Assembly: GCA_963749495.1 (NCBI GenBank) | Contig: CAVVMW010000022.1 | Span: 128,001 to 192,000, forward strand | Direction of reading: 5' to 3' | Source of the DNA: an uncultured bacterium | GTDB taxonomy: Bacteria > Verrucomicrobiota > Verrucomicrobiia > Limisphaerales > UBA8199 | DNA length: 64,000 nucleotides | Shown: positions 29,801 to 39,709 of the stretch, one piece after another | Layout: every line of letters begins with the position of its first letter | Position numbering within the stretch: position 1 is the first letter of the stretch | Notes under the pieces: model-generated | Told to the model about the DNA's origin: nothing | The model's database searches: none | What the model saw: only the letters and a program-made list of their open reading frames with translations | Translations under genes and position numbers: made by a program

Positions 29801-32476
29801 ATGAGCCGGCCACACGGAGGCAAGCATCCGGAGGAGATGAACCAGGTCGCAAACGGCGGGAGCATAAAGATCAAGTCCTTCGAGCAGTTCGGACTGGTGG
29901 ATTTTGACGTGTCCGCCCTCAGAGGGAAGAAGATCAAAGAGGCCAGGCTTTGTGTGAAGCCTGCCGGCGGCCACAGGTTCAATCTCAACGATGGAACCGA
30001 CCTCACGTGGCTCTCCGTGACCACCGTCAGCGAGGATTGGGACGCCGCGAGGGCCTGCGCAAACCGCAGCGGAATTCGGGACGACTGGGGCTGGCCCGGT
30101 GCGAAGACCTTCGACGTGGCCTGCGGCAACGGCAATACCCTGAGGTGCAATGCCCGGCTCGTGAGCGAGGGCGGGGTCCACAGCCTGCCGCTCGATACCG
30201 CCCTGGTGAGGGCGCTGGTTACTGGGGCGTCCTATGGTCTCTTCATCATGGATGGATCCACCCACTACTCAATGAACTGCAGAATCCAGAACCCCTGCCT
30301 TGAGGTCGTGCTGGACAGCCACGAGGAGGCCACGCAGGCCGCGCCGACGGAATTCCAGGTGGCGCCCGCCCCTAAGTGGGCCACCGCCGAACTGGGGGCA
30401 TTGCAGATCAGCACCAAAGCGCCGGCAGGGGCCTTCGCCTACAACATCAAAGTGAACGGCACACCCGTTCAGCGCTGGCAGATTCCGTTTGCGATACCAG
30501 GCACACCGCAGACATTCAACCTCGTTGACCTTCCGCCTGAGACCAACGCCACGGTGGAGGTTGAGGCGGTGAACGCGGCGGGAATCAAATCAGCCGCGGT
30601 TAAGGCCAAGGGCAGGACGAGTTCGCGGTTGATCGTCCCGCAGGTGCCGGCCGTGGAGTTTCAGCCGAAGAGCGGCGAGCCGAAGCCCCTCGGCAACGCG
30701 AAGGTCTATGCCTTCCCGGAAATCACGAAGATCGATCCCACCACGGGCAAGGTCCTGCACGAGCCGATGGAAGACGTGAGCAGGAAAAACCCGGTCTGGG
30801 ACGGGGCGTCAGGAGTGGTCCGGCTTGCGGCTGCGCGCGCCGAGATTGTCAGTTTCCAAATCGGCATCAACGGCCCAGTCCACGATGCCAGGATTGAAGT
30901 GTCAGATCTCGCCGGCCCTGGAACGATTCCCAACACCGGCGTCAAACTGTGGCGCAACTGGTACGTGAACCGACAGTCGGAATACGCCCTGCCGTGGGCC
31001 GGCACCGTGAGCTGTCCCATGCCGGACAACCGCATCAACGGGCAGATGCATCAGGCGGTGACGGTGGATTACCATATTCCCAAGGAGGTGAAGCCTGGCG
31101 AATACTCCGGCAAGATTACGCTAAGCGCAGGCGCCAGCAGCGCCACCTTGCTGCTCAAGATGAGGGTGTACAGCACCGTCATTCCCGACGATATTTTCTT
31201 CAACCCCGAACTCAACTGCTACGGCGGCCCCGGCGAAGCAGGCAGCCCACAGTTCTTCAACAGTTACATGCTTGCCCACTACCACCGGTGCACGATCAAT
31301 CGGGTTCCCTATACGCAGGGCGGCAAGGTACACACCGACTGGGCGCCGACCGTCGACGATTCCGGGAGGGTGACCGGTTGGGCGAACTTCGACCGGAACC
31401 TTGGCCCGCTGCTGGACGGATCGAACTTCAAGGAGAACCCGCGCTCGGGCGTGCCGGTCCCGACAATGTACCTGCCGCTGTTCGAGGGATGGCCGTTGAA
31501 CTACCAGAAATACTACGACCCGGGCCCCGGCATTGCCAAAGGGAGCAGAAACCAGGATGACTACGTCAAGCACCACATCCTGGCCAAGCCCATCGACGAG
31601 GCTATCAGCCAGCAGTTCAAGGACGCTTGGACGACCTGCGCCCGTGAGTTCTACCGCCACGCTCAGGAGCAGGGCTGGAACCGAACGGTCTTCGAGTGCT
31701 ACCTGAACAACAAACCCAATTACGGATACACCTCCTGGACACTGGACGAGCCGAGCATCTACCGGGACTGGGAGGCGCTCGAATTCTTCGCGGGGATGTG
31801 GAAGCAGGGCATCAACGACCCGGAGGTCTATACGCCGAAATGGATGGAAGACCTTTATGCCAGGGGATTGCGCGGGATGAGCCGCGGCAGGCCCACGTTC
31901 CTGTTCCGCGGGGACATTTCACGCATGAACTGGCAGGGCAACCTCTCGGACGGCCTGATGACCATCGTGTACGCCGGTGGCGGCGGGTTCGACTTTTTCC
32001 GCACCATGCAGCGGCACAAGGTCCGGATGCCTGCGGTCCTCTACGCCTATGGAGCCTGCAGCCCTTTCGAGAAAAACAACTGGGAAAACGCGGCCTGGTG
32101 CCTCAAAGCCTTCATGCACGAGTGCGACGGGGTCCTGCCGTGGCAGTCACTGGGCACCGGGTTGGTCAACCCTGACCCGGAGGGATACGGGAACGCTCTG
32201 ATCGTGGACGGCGGACCGTACGGAAATGCGATCGCATCCTTCAGGGTCCATGCACTGCGGCGCGGCGCGCAGGACGCCGAGTTGCTCCGATTGCTGGTGT
32301 TGCAGAAGGGCTGGAGCCGGCAGCAGGCGGGGCTCTTTGCTTCACAAAGGGTTCCGCTCATCGCCCAATATAAGCAGAAGTTCACCGACGAAGCGTCTGC
32401 GCAGGCCTTCGGCGCCCTCTCAAGTCAGCGGTTCGTTGAACTGGAGGAAGGCATCCTCAAGTTGTTGGAACCGTAG
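29801..32476 (+). CDS. Large putative carbohydrate-active protein (FnIII-like plus DUF4091-like), probably missing its N-terminus
   Basis: VRLAAARAEIVSFQ; PGEYSGKITL; WTLDEP; SFRVHALRRGAQDAELL; strong coding bias. Confidence 0.65.
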   Translation: MSRPHGGKHPEEMNQVANGGSIKIKSFEQFGLVDFDVSALRGKKIKEARLCVKPAGGHRFNLNDGTDLTWLSVTTVSEDWDAARACANRSGIRDDWGWPGAKTFDVACGNGNTLRCNARLVSEGGVHSLPLDTALVRALVTGASYGLFIMDGSTHYSMNCRIQNPCLEVVLDSHEEATQAAPTEFQVAPAPKWATAELGALQISTKAPAGAFAYNIKVNGTPVQRWQIPFAIPGTPQTFNLVDLPPETNATVEVEAVNAAGIKSAAVKAKGRTSSRLIVPQVPAVEFQPKSGEPKPLGNAKVYAFPEITKIDPTTGKVLHEPMEDVSRKNPVWDGASGVVRLAAARAEIVSFQIGINGPVHDARIEVSDLAGPGTIPNTGVKLWRNWYVNRQSEYALPWAGTVSCPMPDNRINGQMHQAVTVDYHIPKEVKPGEYSGKITLSAGASSATLLLKMRVYSTVIPDDIFFNPELNCYGGPGEAGSPQFFNSYMLAHYHRCTINRVPYTQGGKVHTDWAPTVDDSGRVTGWANFDRNLGPLLDGSNFKENPRSGVPVPTMYLPLFEGWPLNYQKYYDPGPGIAKGSRNQDDYVKHHILAKPIDEAISQQFKDAWTTCAREFYRHAQEQGWNRTVFECYLNNKPNYGYTSWTLDEPSIYRDWEALEFFAGMWKQGINDPEVYTPKWMEDLYARGLRGMSRGRPTFLFRGDISRMNWQGNLSDGLMTIVYAGGGGFDFFRTMQRHKVRMPAVLYAYGACSPFEKNNWENAAWCLKAFMHECDGVLPWQSLGTGLVNPDPEGYGNALIVDGGPYGNAIASFRVHALRRGAQDAELLRLLVLQKGWSRQQAGLFASQRVPLIAQYKQKFTDEASAQAFGALSSQRFVELEEGILKLLEP

Positions 32477-32704
32477 AGATCATTTGGGCAGAGCATCGAT
32501 GACGTCGCCGCGCAGTTCGAGCCGTGCTGGCAGCAAATCCGGCCGCGCGGCAAGAGCGTCGGCTATGAGCGCCTTGGCCTCATCGGTGCGCCCGCTGTTT
32601 TTCCGCACCAACGCCAGGCGGCGGCTCCGAGCCGCCGCCTCCCCTGATGAATGAAACACCCCTCCCTGAGCGGGCCTGCACGCCCTAATGATGGCGCCGC
32701 CCAA

Positions 32705-32778
32705 GCCCAGGGCGGCGGTGCCTTCGCTTCGCTCCCGGCACCTTGCCCTGGGCTGGGTTGGACTGCCCACCTTGGGGC
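32705..32778. repeat. Family-B half element (hairpin)
   Basis: agcccagggcggcggtgcc...ggcaccttgccctgggct inverted repeat. Confidence 0.55.
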
Positions 32779-32971
32779 AGCGGGCGCTCGCTCCGCTCCG
32801 CGCCCTGCGCCCTACCATTCCTCGGGCAGGCCCGATTGAGGCAGGCCGTGGTATTTGCGCCAACAACGCAACCAGTACGCCCTCAGACGTACCATCGACC
32901 TCTTGTGCTTGTGGGGAGCGTCCCGAGCGGGTGGCCTCCAGTTGTCCATGGCCTCCAATTCGGCGAATACG

Positions 32972-33119
32972 ATATCAGTTGCAGTACACTTCGGACCTAG
33001 GTTCGAGCAACTGGACCAACCTGGGCAGCGCCGTCACCGCAACGGCAGCAACGCTCAGCACCACCGACTCCATCACGAACGGCCTGCAACGGTTTTACCG
33101 CGTGGTGCTCTCGCCGTAG
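32972..33119 (+). pseudogene. C-terminal RFYR-type domain fragment of a secreted protein
   Basis: YQLQYTSDLGSSNWTNLG...TDSITNGLQRFYRVVLSP*. Confidence 0.7.
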
Positions 33120-33687
33120 GGATTCCGCAACAACGCTGTATCGCGGCGCTGGGCCAGCCTCGCCCGGCGGCCTAGCCTGACGCTGCGCTGCCGTCCAGAC
33201 CCGTGCGTGCGCGGCGACAAGACCATCTGCCAGTGGTGATAGCCGCAGGACACATTGAGGCACGAGAACGGGAACCGCTGCACGGTTACTCATCGGTATG
33301 AGATTCCGGTGTGATTGTCAACGGAGCCTCCCCTGCCTTGAGCATTGCGGCATACCTGGATTCGAGGGCATCGCGCCCGCCCACAGGAACCGTCCCATGA
33401 ACCAGCGAATGAAGGGGTGTCCTACGGACGCCATTCCTTGGCGGTCTGGCGCAGTCCAAGGCGATTGTGTACAAGGGCGGGGCACATGAAATCTGAATGG
33501 CGGAATTTTCCCACGGCCTCCTCTGGGTCCATTGGTGGCCGGACGGCACAGGCGCAGTCGAACGCCAGGGCGCGGTCTTTGTCATGTCGCTCCTCTTGCG
33601 ACACGCACCAGTTCGGGCACCGGGCAAAAACGCCTCGGGCGATCCTGTGCTCGCCAAAAGGGCCGGGTCTCCCCTCCTCCAGTCAGG

Positions 33688-34476
33688 CTATTTCAGGTGC
33701 CAGCGGATGGTGTAACGCCAGTCGTCCTCTGGCTTGTAAGCCTGCGCTCCCTTTTGGCTGATGGTAAATTCACCCGTGCTCCGGTTGTCAACCTCGTCGG
33801 TGCAAACATCCCCGTCCACATCATCGAGCTGCAACTTGAAACTGCATGTTTGACCGGCCTGAATCTTCGGCAGCTCCAGGGCGACGGGGATAGTGACCTG
33901 GTTCTTGTCGTAGCCCTTGCCTTCAATGTAGTACCTGCGGGTCACGTCCCCAACCTTTGCCTCAAAACACACGAACCAGGTTGCGCTCTGCGGCGTATCC
34001 GCCATCTCAATTTCATCGATGACCAGGGTTGCCGATTCGGCGGTTGCCTTGACACGCCTGTAAATGTCCAGGCTGGGCCTCTGTTGTCCCCGCTCCTTGT
34101 CAAAACTTGACGCCATCGTCCAGGCATCCCCCGCCAAGCGGTAGATGAAGACGTATTCGTCGTCCACGTCTTGGAGGTCGGAGGCGGACCGTCCGGCGCG
34201 AATATTCAGGAAATGGGCGGTGTTGAACGGGCCAAGCTTGTCCAGTTTCAGATCGCCCTCGGCGTACAAAACCACTCGGCCTTCGGCTCCCAGAATCTGG
34301 AAGACGAATTTGTCCTTCTTGACAGTGATCGTTTGCGTGTAGTCCTGGCCCTGGTCGCTGACCTTTTTGACGGACCATTTACCCGCCAACGCTTCCAGGT
34401 CGTCCATCGCCAGAACAGGGTGACTGAGGAGGGCGGCGGCCAGGGGAAGGCCAAACAGTAATCGGTTGATGCTCAT
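33688..34476 (-). CDS. Secreted hypothetical protein (TIGR03067-like N-domain plus C2-like C-domain)
   Basis: Signal peptide; DDLEALAGKWSV; second domain ..KLQLDDVD. Confidence 0.7.
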   Translation of the reverse strand: MSINRLLFGLPLAAALLSHPVLAMDDLEALAGKWSVKKVSDQGQDYTQTITVKKDKFVFQILGAEGRVVLYAEGDLKLDKLGPFNTAHFLNIRAGRSASDLQDVDDEYVFIYRLAGDAWTMASSFDKERGQQRPSLDIYRRVKATAESATLVIDEIEMADTPQSATWFVCFEAKVGDVTRRYYIEGKGYDKNQVTIPVALELPKIQAGQTCSFKLQLDDVDGDVCTDEVDNRSTGEFTISQKGAQAYKPEDDWRYTIRWHLK

Positions 34477-34752
34477 GTCATGCGTGGTGATAGTTTGGCT
34501 TCACATTCCCACGGCGGCCCTGTGATGTCAAACGCGTCCTGATTACGGTTCCGGCCCGCAGTAGTTTAACCGGAGGATGTCTCGCCGCAGCTACCGCAAC
34601 ACCGCCAGCCCCTACGAGGCCATCGGAAGCGCGAAGTCGGGAGCGCCGTGGCCAACCTCGATGTGGATGGTCTGGTGGGCCGCGTGCGGGACGGTCACGA
34701 GGCTATCTCCATCCCGCCACGACCTGCGCGTCGCGATTCTGTTCTTGGGTGC

Positions 34753-35190
34753 GTGAACTTGTACTTTGACTCCGAGAAAGTCAGAATTTGCCAGGGCGAC
34801 TGCTCGCAAGGCATTCTTCTACCCGACACCACCATCGACTCGCTCGTCTGTGACCCACCAGCAGGCATAAGTTTCATGGGCCACTGCTGGGACGCCAATC
34901 GGGGCGGTCGTGATGCTTGGGTGGCTTGGGCAACCAGGGCATTTCAGGAGGCGCTTCGGCTGCTCAAACCTGGGGCGCACGGCCTGGTGTGGGCGCGGCC
35001 GAGACGGGCGCACTGGACTGCCTGGGCGCTGGAAAGCGCCGGCTTTGAGATCACGAACGTTGTGCATCACCTCTTTGCGGATGGGTTCCCAAAGAACCAG
35101 GACATTTCGGTCGCCATCGACAAAACTCTGGGGGCCAAGCGCCGGGTCATCGGCGTCAAAAAGAACACCCAAACCCACTTTCAAATCTCG
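34753..35190 (+). pseudogene. Site-specific (N4/N6) DNA methyltransferase, N-terminal fragment
   Basis: QGDC...IDSLVCDPPAGISFMG..WD; LRLLKPGAHGLVW; ESAGFEI; GFPKNQDIS.AIDK; FxGxG motif missing. Confidence 0.8.
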
Positions 35191-35269
35191 TGTCCGGCCA
35201 GCCGGCGAATCCGCCACGGGAGCACGCGCCGCTTGTGTCGATGACCTGGACCTGGTTACACTCCGGCAC

Positions 35270-36526
35270 ATGCGCACTGTCGTCGGATTATCGTGGCGTG
35301 GGTTTGCCGCGGTTGTTGCGGTCCTCCTGGCCCTGTCGCTTTGGGTGGCGTGGCACTCGGAGCCGCGCGGCCCGGTTATTCCCATTGGGCCGGCGCGCGT
35401 CAAACCGCAGGTTTATGTGAGGTTGTCCAGGGTGGTGGTCCTGGCGGCTGATGGCAGCCTTTGGGCTTGGGGCGAGGGTGCCCTTCCCGGGGCTCGTCCC
35501 GGCACCCGGGTCCGGCAGCCGCCCGCTCGCGTAGGCAAGGACTCGGACTGGAAGGCGGTCGCGCCAGGTGGCTCGCACACCGCTGCCGTCAAGCTGGACG
35601 GCTCTCTCTGGGAATGGGGGCCGATGATCTCCGGTATTGCCCGGCTGACCCGCCAGACCAATTTCCAGGCCGTGGCCGCCGGTAATATCCATTGCTTGGC
35701 GTTGCAGGCCGATGGCACGCTCTGGGCCTGGGGCAACAACTCTTTCGGTCAACTGGGCGATGGCACAACGCTTGACCGGAAGGAACCTGTCCAGGTCGCG
35801 GGTGGCAACAATTGGGTTGCGGTGGCCTCGGACTGTATCGCAACGGTTGGGCTGAAGAAGAACGGCACGTTGTGGGGTTGGGGGGAGTTCCTGGACGCTC
35901 CGCTGGTCACCTCCAGTTCGCCGGTCCAGTTGGGTCCGGGCACGAACTGGACGGCCATTTACCCCGCCAGCAGTACGTTCGCCGCCCGGCAGCAAGACGG
36001 CACCTATTGGCTCTTTGGAAGGCATTGGCCGTGGCCGGGTGATGATACGAAGCTTCCGACCATCCAACTGCCCTCGCCTTCGCCCGTCAAGGAACTGGTG
36101 CAACTGACGAACGTTGTCGGCTGGCGCGACCCGGCTTTCGGCGGTTGCGTGTTGGGGTTCCGGGAGGATGGAAGGCTGTGGGGATTCGGCCACCGTAGTA
36201 ACGGGGACTTGGGCGTCGGCGCCGGGGCAGACTTGGGCCAACCACTGCCCGTCGGCCACCGCCGGGATTGGGTGGCGGTGGCAACCGACGGCGGCAGCAG
36301 TGTCGGCATGACCGCCGACGGCTCCGTCTGGGCCTGGGGCGTGCGCCTGGATAAGCCGCCTAAGTTCTCGACGTTGCAAAAGGTCGTCAACTGGTGCAGA
36401 AAGAAATGGAACCCGAAGTATGTTCCCTCGCCCGAGCCCGTCATCAGTCCTCGCCCTCAACTTGTCATGAGGTTCAGACTACCGGCGACGAATCAAATAG
36501 CCACCGTGCAGGCGCCCTCACCCTGA
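35270..36526 (+). CDS. RCC1-repeat beta-propeller membrane-anchored protein
   Basis: DGSLWAWG, AVAAGNIHCLALQADGTLWAWGNNSFGQLGDGT repeats; N-terminal TM. Confidence 0.88.
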   Translation: MRTVVGLSWRGFAAVVAVLLALSLWVAWHSEPRGPVIPIGPARVKPQVYVRLSRVVVLAADGSLWAWGEGALPGARPGTRVRQPPARVGKDSDWKAVAPGGSHTAAVKLDGSLWEWGPMISGIARLTRQTNFQAVAAGNIHCLALQADGTLWAWGNNSFGQLGDGTTLDRKEPVQVAGGNNWVAVASDCIATVGLKKNGTLWGWGEFLDAPLVTSSSPVQLGPGTNWTAIYPASSTFAARQQDGTYWLFGRHWPWPGDDTKLPTIQLPSPSPVKELVQLTNVVGWRDPAFGGCVLGFREDGRLWGFGHRSNGDLGVGAGADLGQPLPVGHRRDWVAVATDGGSSVGMTADGSVWAWGVRLDKPPKFSTLQKVVNWCRKKWNPKYVPSPEPVISPRPQLVMRFRLPATNQIATVQAPSP

Positions 36527-37002
36527 CAGGGATGCTCGACCGCTGACCAGGTGGAGAGCCGGCCCGAGTGGCCTCGGGCCGACTACTTCAAGGTGCTGAA
36601 GACCTCCACGGACAGCCTGTTCCCCGGAAAGCCAAGGGGCGGAAGGGCCAGAGGCTAATACGGCGGTGAGGCCAAGGACCACCACGTCCAGGATGCCGCA
36701 GGTGACCTGGCCGCACTACGGACTGTGAGGCCCGCTGCTTCCCGATGCCATCGCTGTGGACGGGCCTGTCCAAGCAGTGCTGGTAAATTCGAGGCAAACG
36801 CCGTCACATCAGCCTGGCAGCCAGGCGTGACGATTGCGGCTACCTCCGAGGGCGGACCAGTAGCACCATGCCCGGCCCAACCGAAGGGAGCTGGTCGCGC
36901 TTCTTGAGGGGCGGAATTGGGGCGAAAAGGAAGGGGCTGCGTAAGCCGGCTGAGGGGGGGCACGATGTACCGGGGCCGGGCCGACTGTAATTAAACCCGC
37001 AC

Positions 37003-37032
37003 TTGATCGAGATCAGTTTTCTGGCATATAAT
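37003..37032 (+). promoter_or_regulatory. Sigma70-like promoter, probably leaderless
   Basis: TTGATC-N18-TATAAT, 6 nt before GTG at 37039. Confidence 0.5.
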
Positions 37033-37038
37033 GCGGCC

Positions 37039-37731
37039 GTGGGAACTCAGCACTGGATAGCCGACAAAGATCGGCTCTTGGGCACCATGACCGATCGGAA
37101 CTTGGCACAACGCCTCGGGCGGTCACTGGGAACGATCATCAAGCGCCGGCGCAAACTGGGCGTCGCGCCATTTCGCCCTCACGCACGCCTCTGGAGCCAA
37201 GCCGAAGAGGAACTGCTGGGCACCATGGCGGATCGGCAGCTGGCGCGTCGCCTGAATCGAAGCGTCAATAGCGTGGCAGCACGCCGGCGTGCCAGACACA
37301 TTCCCATTTTCAAGCCCAAAAAACGCCTGTGGACGCCCGCTGACGACAAATTGCTGAGTGAGCGTCCCGACAAACAGGTTGCGATGTTGCTGGGCATGAG
37401 CAGGCTGGCGGTGAAGCGCCGCCGCCTGCGGCTTGGTATTTTGCGGCCAGGCCGAGAATATGTTCGGCTAAGGCCCTGGCAGCCCACGGAGGATGCGCTG
37501 CTGGGCACGGCTTCGGACAGCGAGTTGGCCCGCAGGCTGGGGCGCCGCATTTCCAGCGTGCGCCAGAGAAGGATTCAACTGGGTCTCCAATCTCCCTGCT
37601 GCCATTGGACTGCACAAGACGATGCGCTGCTGGGGAAGATGCTGGACAAGGCCGTGGCCCAGCGCCTGGGCCGGACGGTCCGAGCTGTCGCCACCCGGCG
37701 CCAACGGCTGGGGATACCGGTCGGCGGCTGA
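37039..37731 (+). CDS. Five-repeat Myb/HTH-like basic protein
   Basis: Five 41-49 aa repeats W-x4-(D/E)-x-LL-G-x3-D-x2-(L/V)A-x2-LGR-x4-V-x2-RR-x2-LG. Confidence 0.8.
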   Translation: MGTQHWIADKDRLLGTMTDRNLAQRLGRSLGTIIKRRRKLGVAPFRPHARLWSQAEEELLGTMADRQLARRLNRSVNSVAARRRARHIPIFKPKKRLWTPADDKLLSERPDKQVAMLLGMSRLAVKRRRLRLGILRPGREYVRLRPWQPTEDALLGTASDSELARRLGRRISSVRQRRIQLGLQSPCCHWTAQDDALLGKMLDKAVAQRLGRTVRAVATRRQRLGIPVGG

Positions 37732-37762
37732 GATTCAGAAACAGGGCTCGTGGTAATAGCTG

Positions 37763-38062
37763 ATGTTTACTTATATCTCCGGCGGCCAAGGTGAACAAGG
37801 AGAATCTGGGCTGTTTTCGGATGTCGGGTGTGAGATGAGCGGGTTTCGTCTCGACATGACCCACCCGTTTTGGGAGGTATCCGGCAAAACCGACTTTTCT
37901 TCACTTCTCGCGGCACTACCAGATTTATTGCCCGGAGAGTGTGTCCTTTTCTTTGAAGGGGGATCACCGACTGGCGAGCTTGTGAAATTCCTCCAAGAAC
38001 ATGAAATTCCAGAGCGCCTGCATATCGCTTATGGGACTATCTGGCCCAAGCCCTTGGTTTAA
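37763..38062 (+). CDS. Hypothetical protein, probably truncated
   Basis: Lower-GC ORF ..LFFEGGS...AYGTIWPKP. Confidence 0.4.
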   Translation: MFTYISGGQGEQGESGLFSDVGCEMSGFRLDMTHPFWEVSGKTDFSSLLAALPDLLPGECVLFFEGGSPTGELVKFLQEHEIPERLHIAYGTIWPKPLV

Positions 38063-38596
38063 GGCATAGTTTGGTGCCCTTTCTTGCAGGGTTGATCAAA
38101 TGGGTCGTTTCGATATGGAACTTATTCCATTTCGCAGTCCTGTCCAGCGGCTTTTGCTCGTTCTCGACCTTCAGCCCGGCTTGGACCTCGACCTCAACCT
38201 CGGCCTGGACCTTGGCAACGGCACCGGCCATGACCCCGACGACTATATTCGACGGGCCTGCCCAGGTGGACGGCGCGGACATCCAGAGCGGCGAATCTTG
38301 GAAGTCGTCGCGGATGTCAACAATTGTTAACACTCCGCTGCGAGCGCAAAACGAGGCGCAGGCTGGCACCACGCCGCCGTCAATCAGGTTACGGGCACCA
38401 TCCGGCGCGGTCCGTCAGCAGCGGCGTCAACTGGCCCATCAAGCCTGACTGCGCCAGTTTGCCAGAAGAGGTCGTTGAGACGCTCAACGACCCGTATCGA
38501 AGATATCCTCGACCTCGGCACTGAGAAACGTCCAAGAAGTGTCCAAGCGTGCTTATTCCTGAAGTGACTGTGAACGCGTAAGCAGTTGATTATCAA

Positions 38597-38673
38597 TGGC
38601 GCACCCAGCAGGAGTTGAACCTGCAACCTTCTGATCCGTAGTCAGATGCTCTATCCAATTGAGCTATGGGTGC
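38597..38673 (-). tRNA. tRNA-Arg (anticodon ACG)
   Basis: GCACCCATAGCTCAATTGGATAGAGCATCTGACTACGGATCAGAAGGTTGCAGGTTCAACTCCTGCTGGGTGCGCCA: 77-nt cloverleaf with encoded CCA. Confidence 0.97.
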
Positions 38674-38810
38674 GCACCAGATGGGCCAAAATCTAATGGC
38701 CGGCGGGGCGGCGCGCAAGTGAAAACATCGGTGGGACACTTCTGGCTTGACTCGGACTGGGGGTTGCGGTCAAGGTGTGCGGCAAATTCGATTCAAACCA
38801 AAGAACGACC

Positions 38811-39575
38811 ATGATGCGCCACAAGAGAACACTCGGAATAACGATCACTGTCCTGGCCTTGCTGGCAGTGGGGGCTTTCACCTTCCTGGGACGCGCCGCC
38901 GACGGGCCGAAGAAGATTCGCGTGCTGCTGGTGACGGGAGACGACGTTTCGGTCCATCCCTGGCCTGTGGTTTCGAAAGCGATCAAGGAGACGCTGGTCT
39001 CGAGCGGGCGTTTCGAGGTGCGGGTGTGCGAGGATGCGGGCGTGCTGGACTCGGCCTCGAGCCTGGCCCGCTATGACCTTGTGTTCCTGGACTACTACAA
39101 TGCCCAGACGCCGACTCTCTCTGCCGCGGCGAAGGAGAACCTGCTGAACTTCGTGAGCAACGGCAAGGGCTTCGCCCTGGCGCACCTGTCCAGCGCCTCG
39201 TTCAAGGAGTGGCCGGAGTTTGGCAAGCTGTGCGGGCGTTACTGGGTCATGGGCACCTCGGGCCACGGCCCGCGCACCCCCTTCAAGGCGCGCATCGCGA
39301 ACAGGGACCATCCGATTACCCAGGGTCTTGACGATTTCGTGGCTGACGATGAACTCTACGCCAAGCTCCAGGGCGACACGCCGATCACCGTGCTGGTGGA
39401 AGCCGATTCGGATTACAGCCACAAGACCGAGCCGCTGGCCTTCACCGTCGAGTATGGAAAGGGCCGCGTTTTTCACGAGACCTTCGGCCACGACGGCAAG
39501 GCGCTCGATAATCCCACCATCCAGAAGCTCATTCAGCGCGGTTGCGAATGGGCGGCTACGGGCACGGTGAAGTAA
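38811..39575 (+). CDS. ThuA-like domain protein, secreted
   Basis: KIRVLLVTG; GKGFALAH; HPITQGLDDF..DDELY; YGKGRVFH..FGHD. Confidence 0.88.
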   Translation: MMRHKRTLGITITVLALLAVGAFTFLGRAADGPKKIRVLLVTGDDVSVHPWPVVSKAIKETLVSSGRFEVRVCEDAGVLDSASSLARYDLVFLDYYNAQTPTLSAAAKENLLNFVSNGKGFALAHLSSASFKEWPEFGKLCGRYWVMGTSGHGPRTPFKARIANRDHPITQGLDDFVADDELYAKLQGDTPITVLVEADSDYSHKTEPLAFTVEYGKGRVFHETFGHDGKALDNPTIQKLIQRGCEWAATGTVK

Positions 39576-39709
39576 AGGCTAAAGGCTAAAGGCTAAAGGC
39601 TAAAGTGAAGACTGCGCAGGGAGAGCGCATGGCTCGGCTCTGCGCTTGGCTCTGCTCTGGGTCCCGCTCCTGAGCTCTTGATCCTTCAGCCTTTAGCCTT
39701 GAGCCTTTA
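39573..39709. repeat. Inverted heptamer arrays (TAAAGGC)4 / degenerate GCCTTTA between convergent genes
   Basis: 39573-39605 and 39687-39709; the TAA stops of both flanking genes lie within the arrays. Confidence 0.8.
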
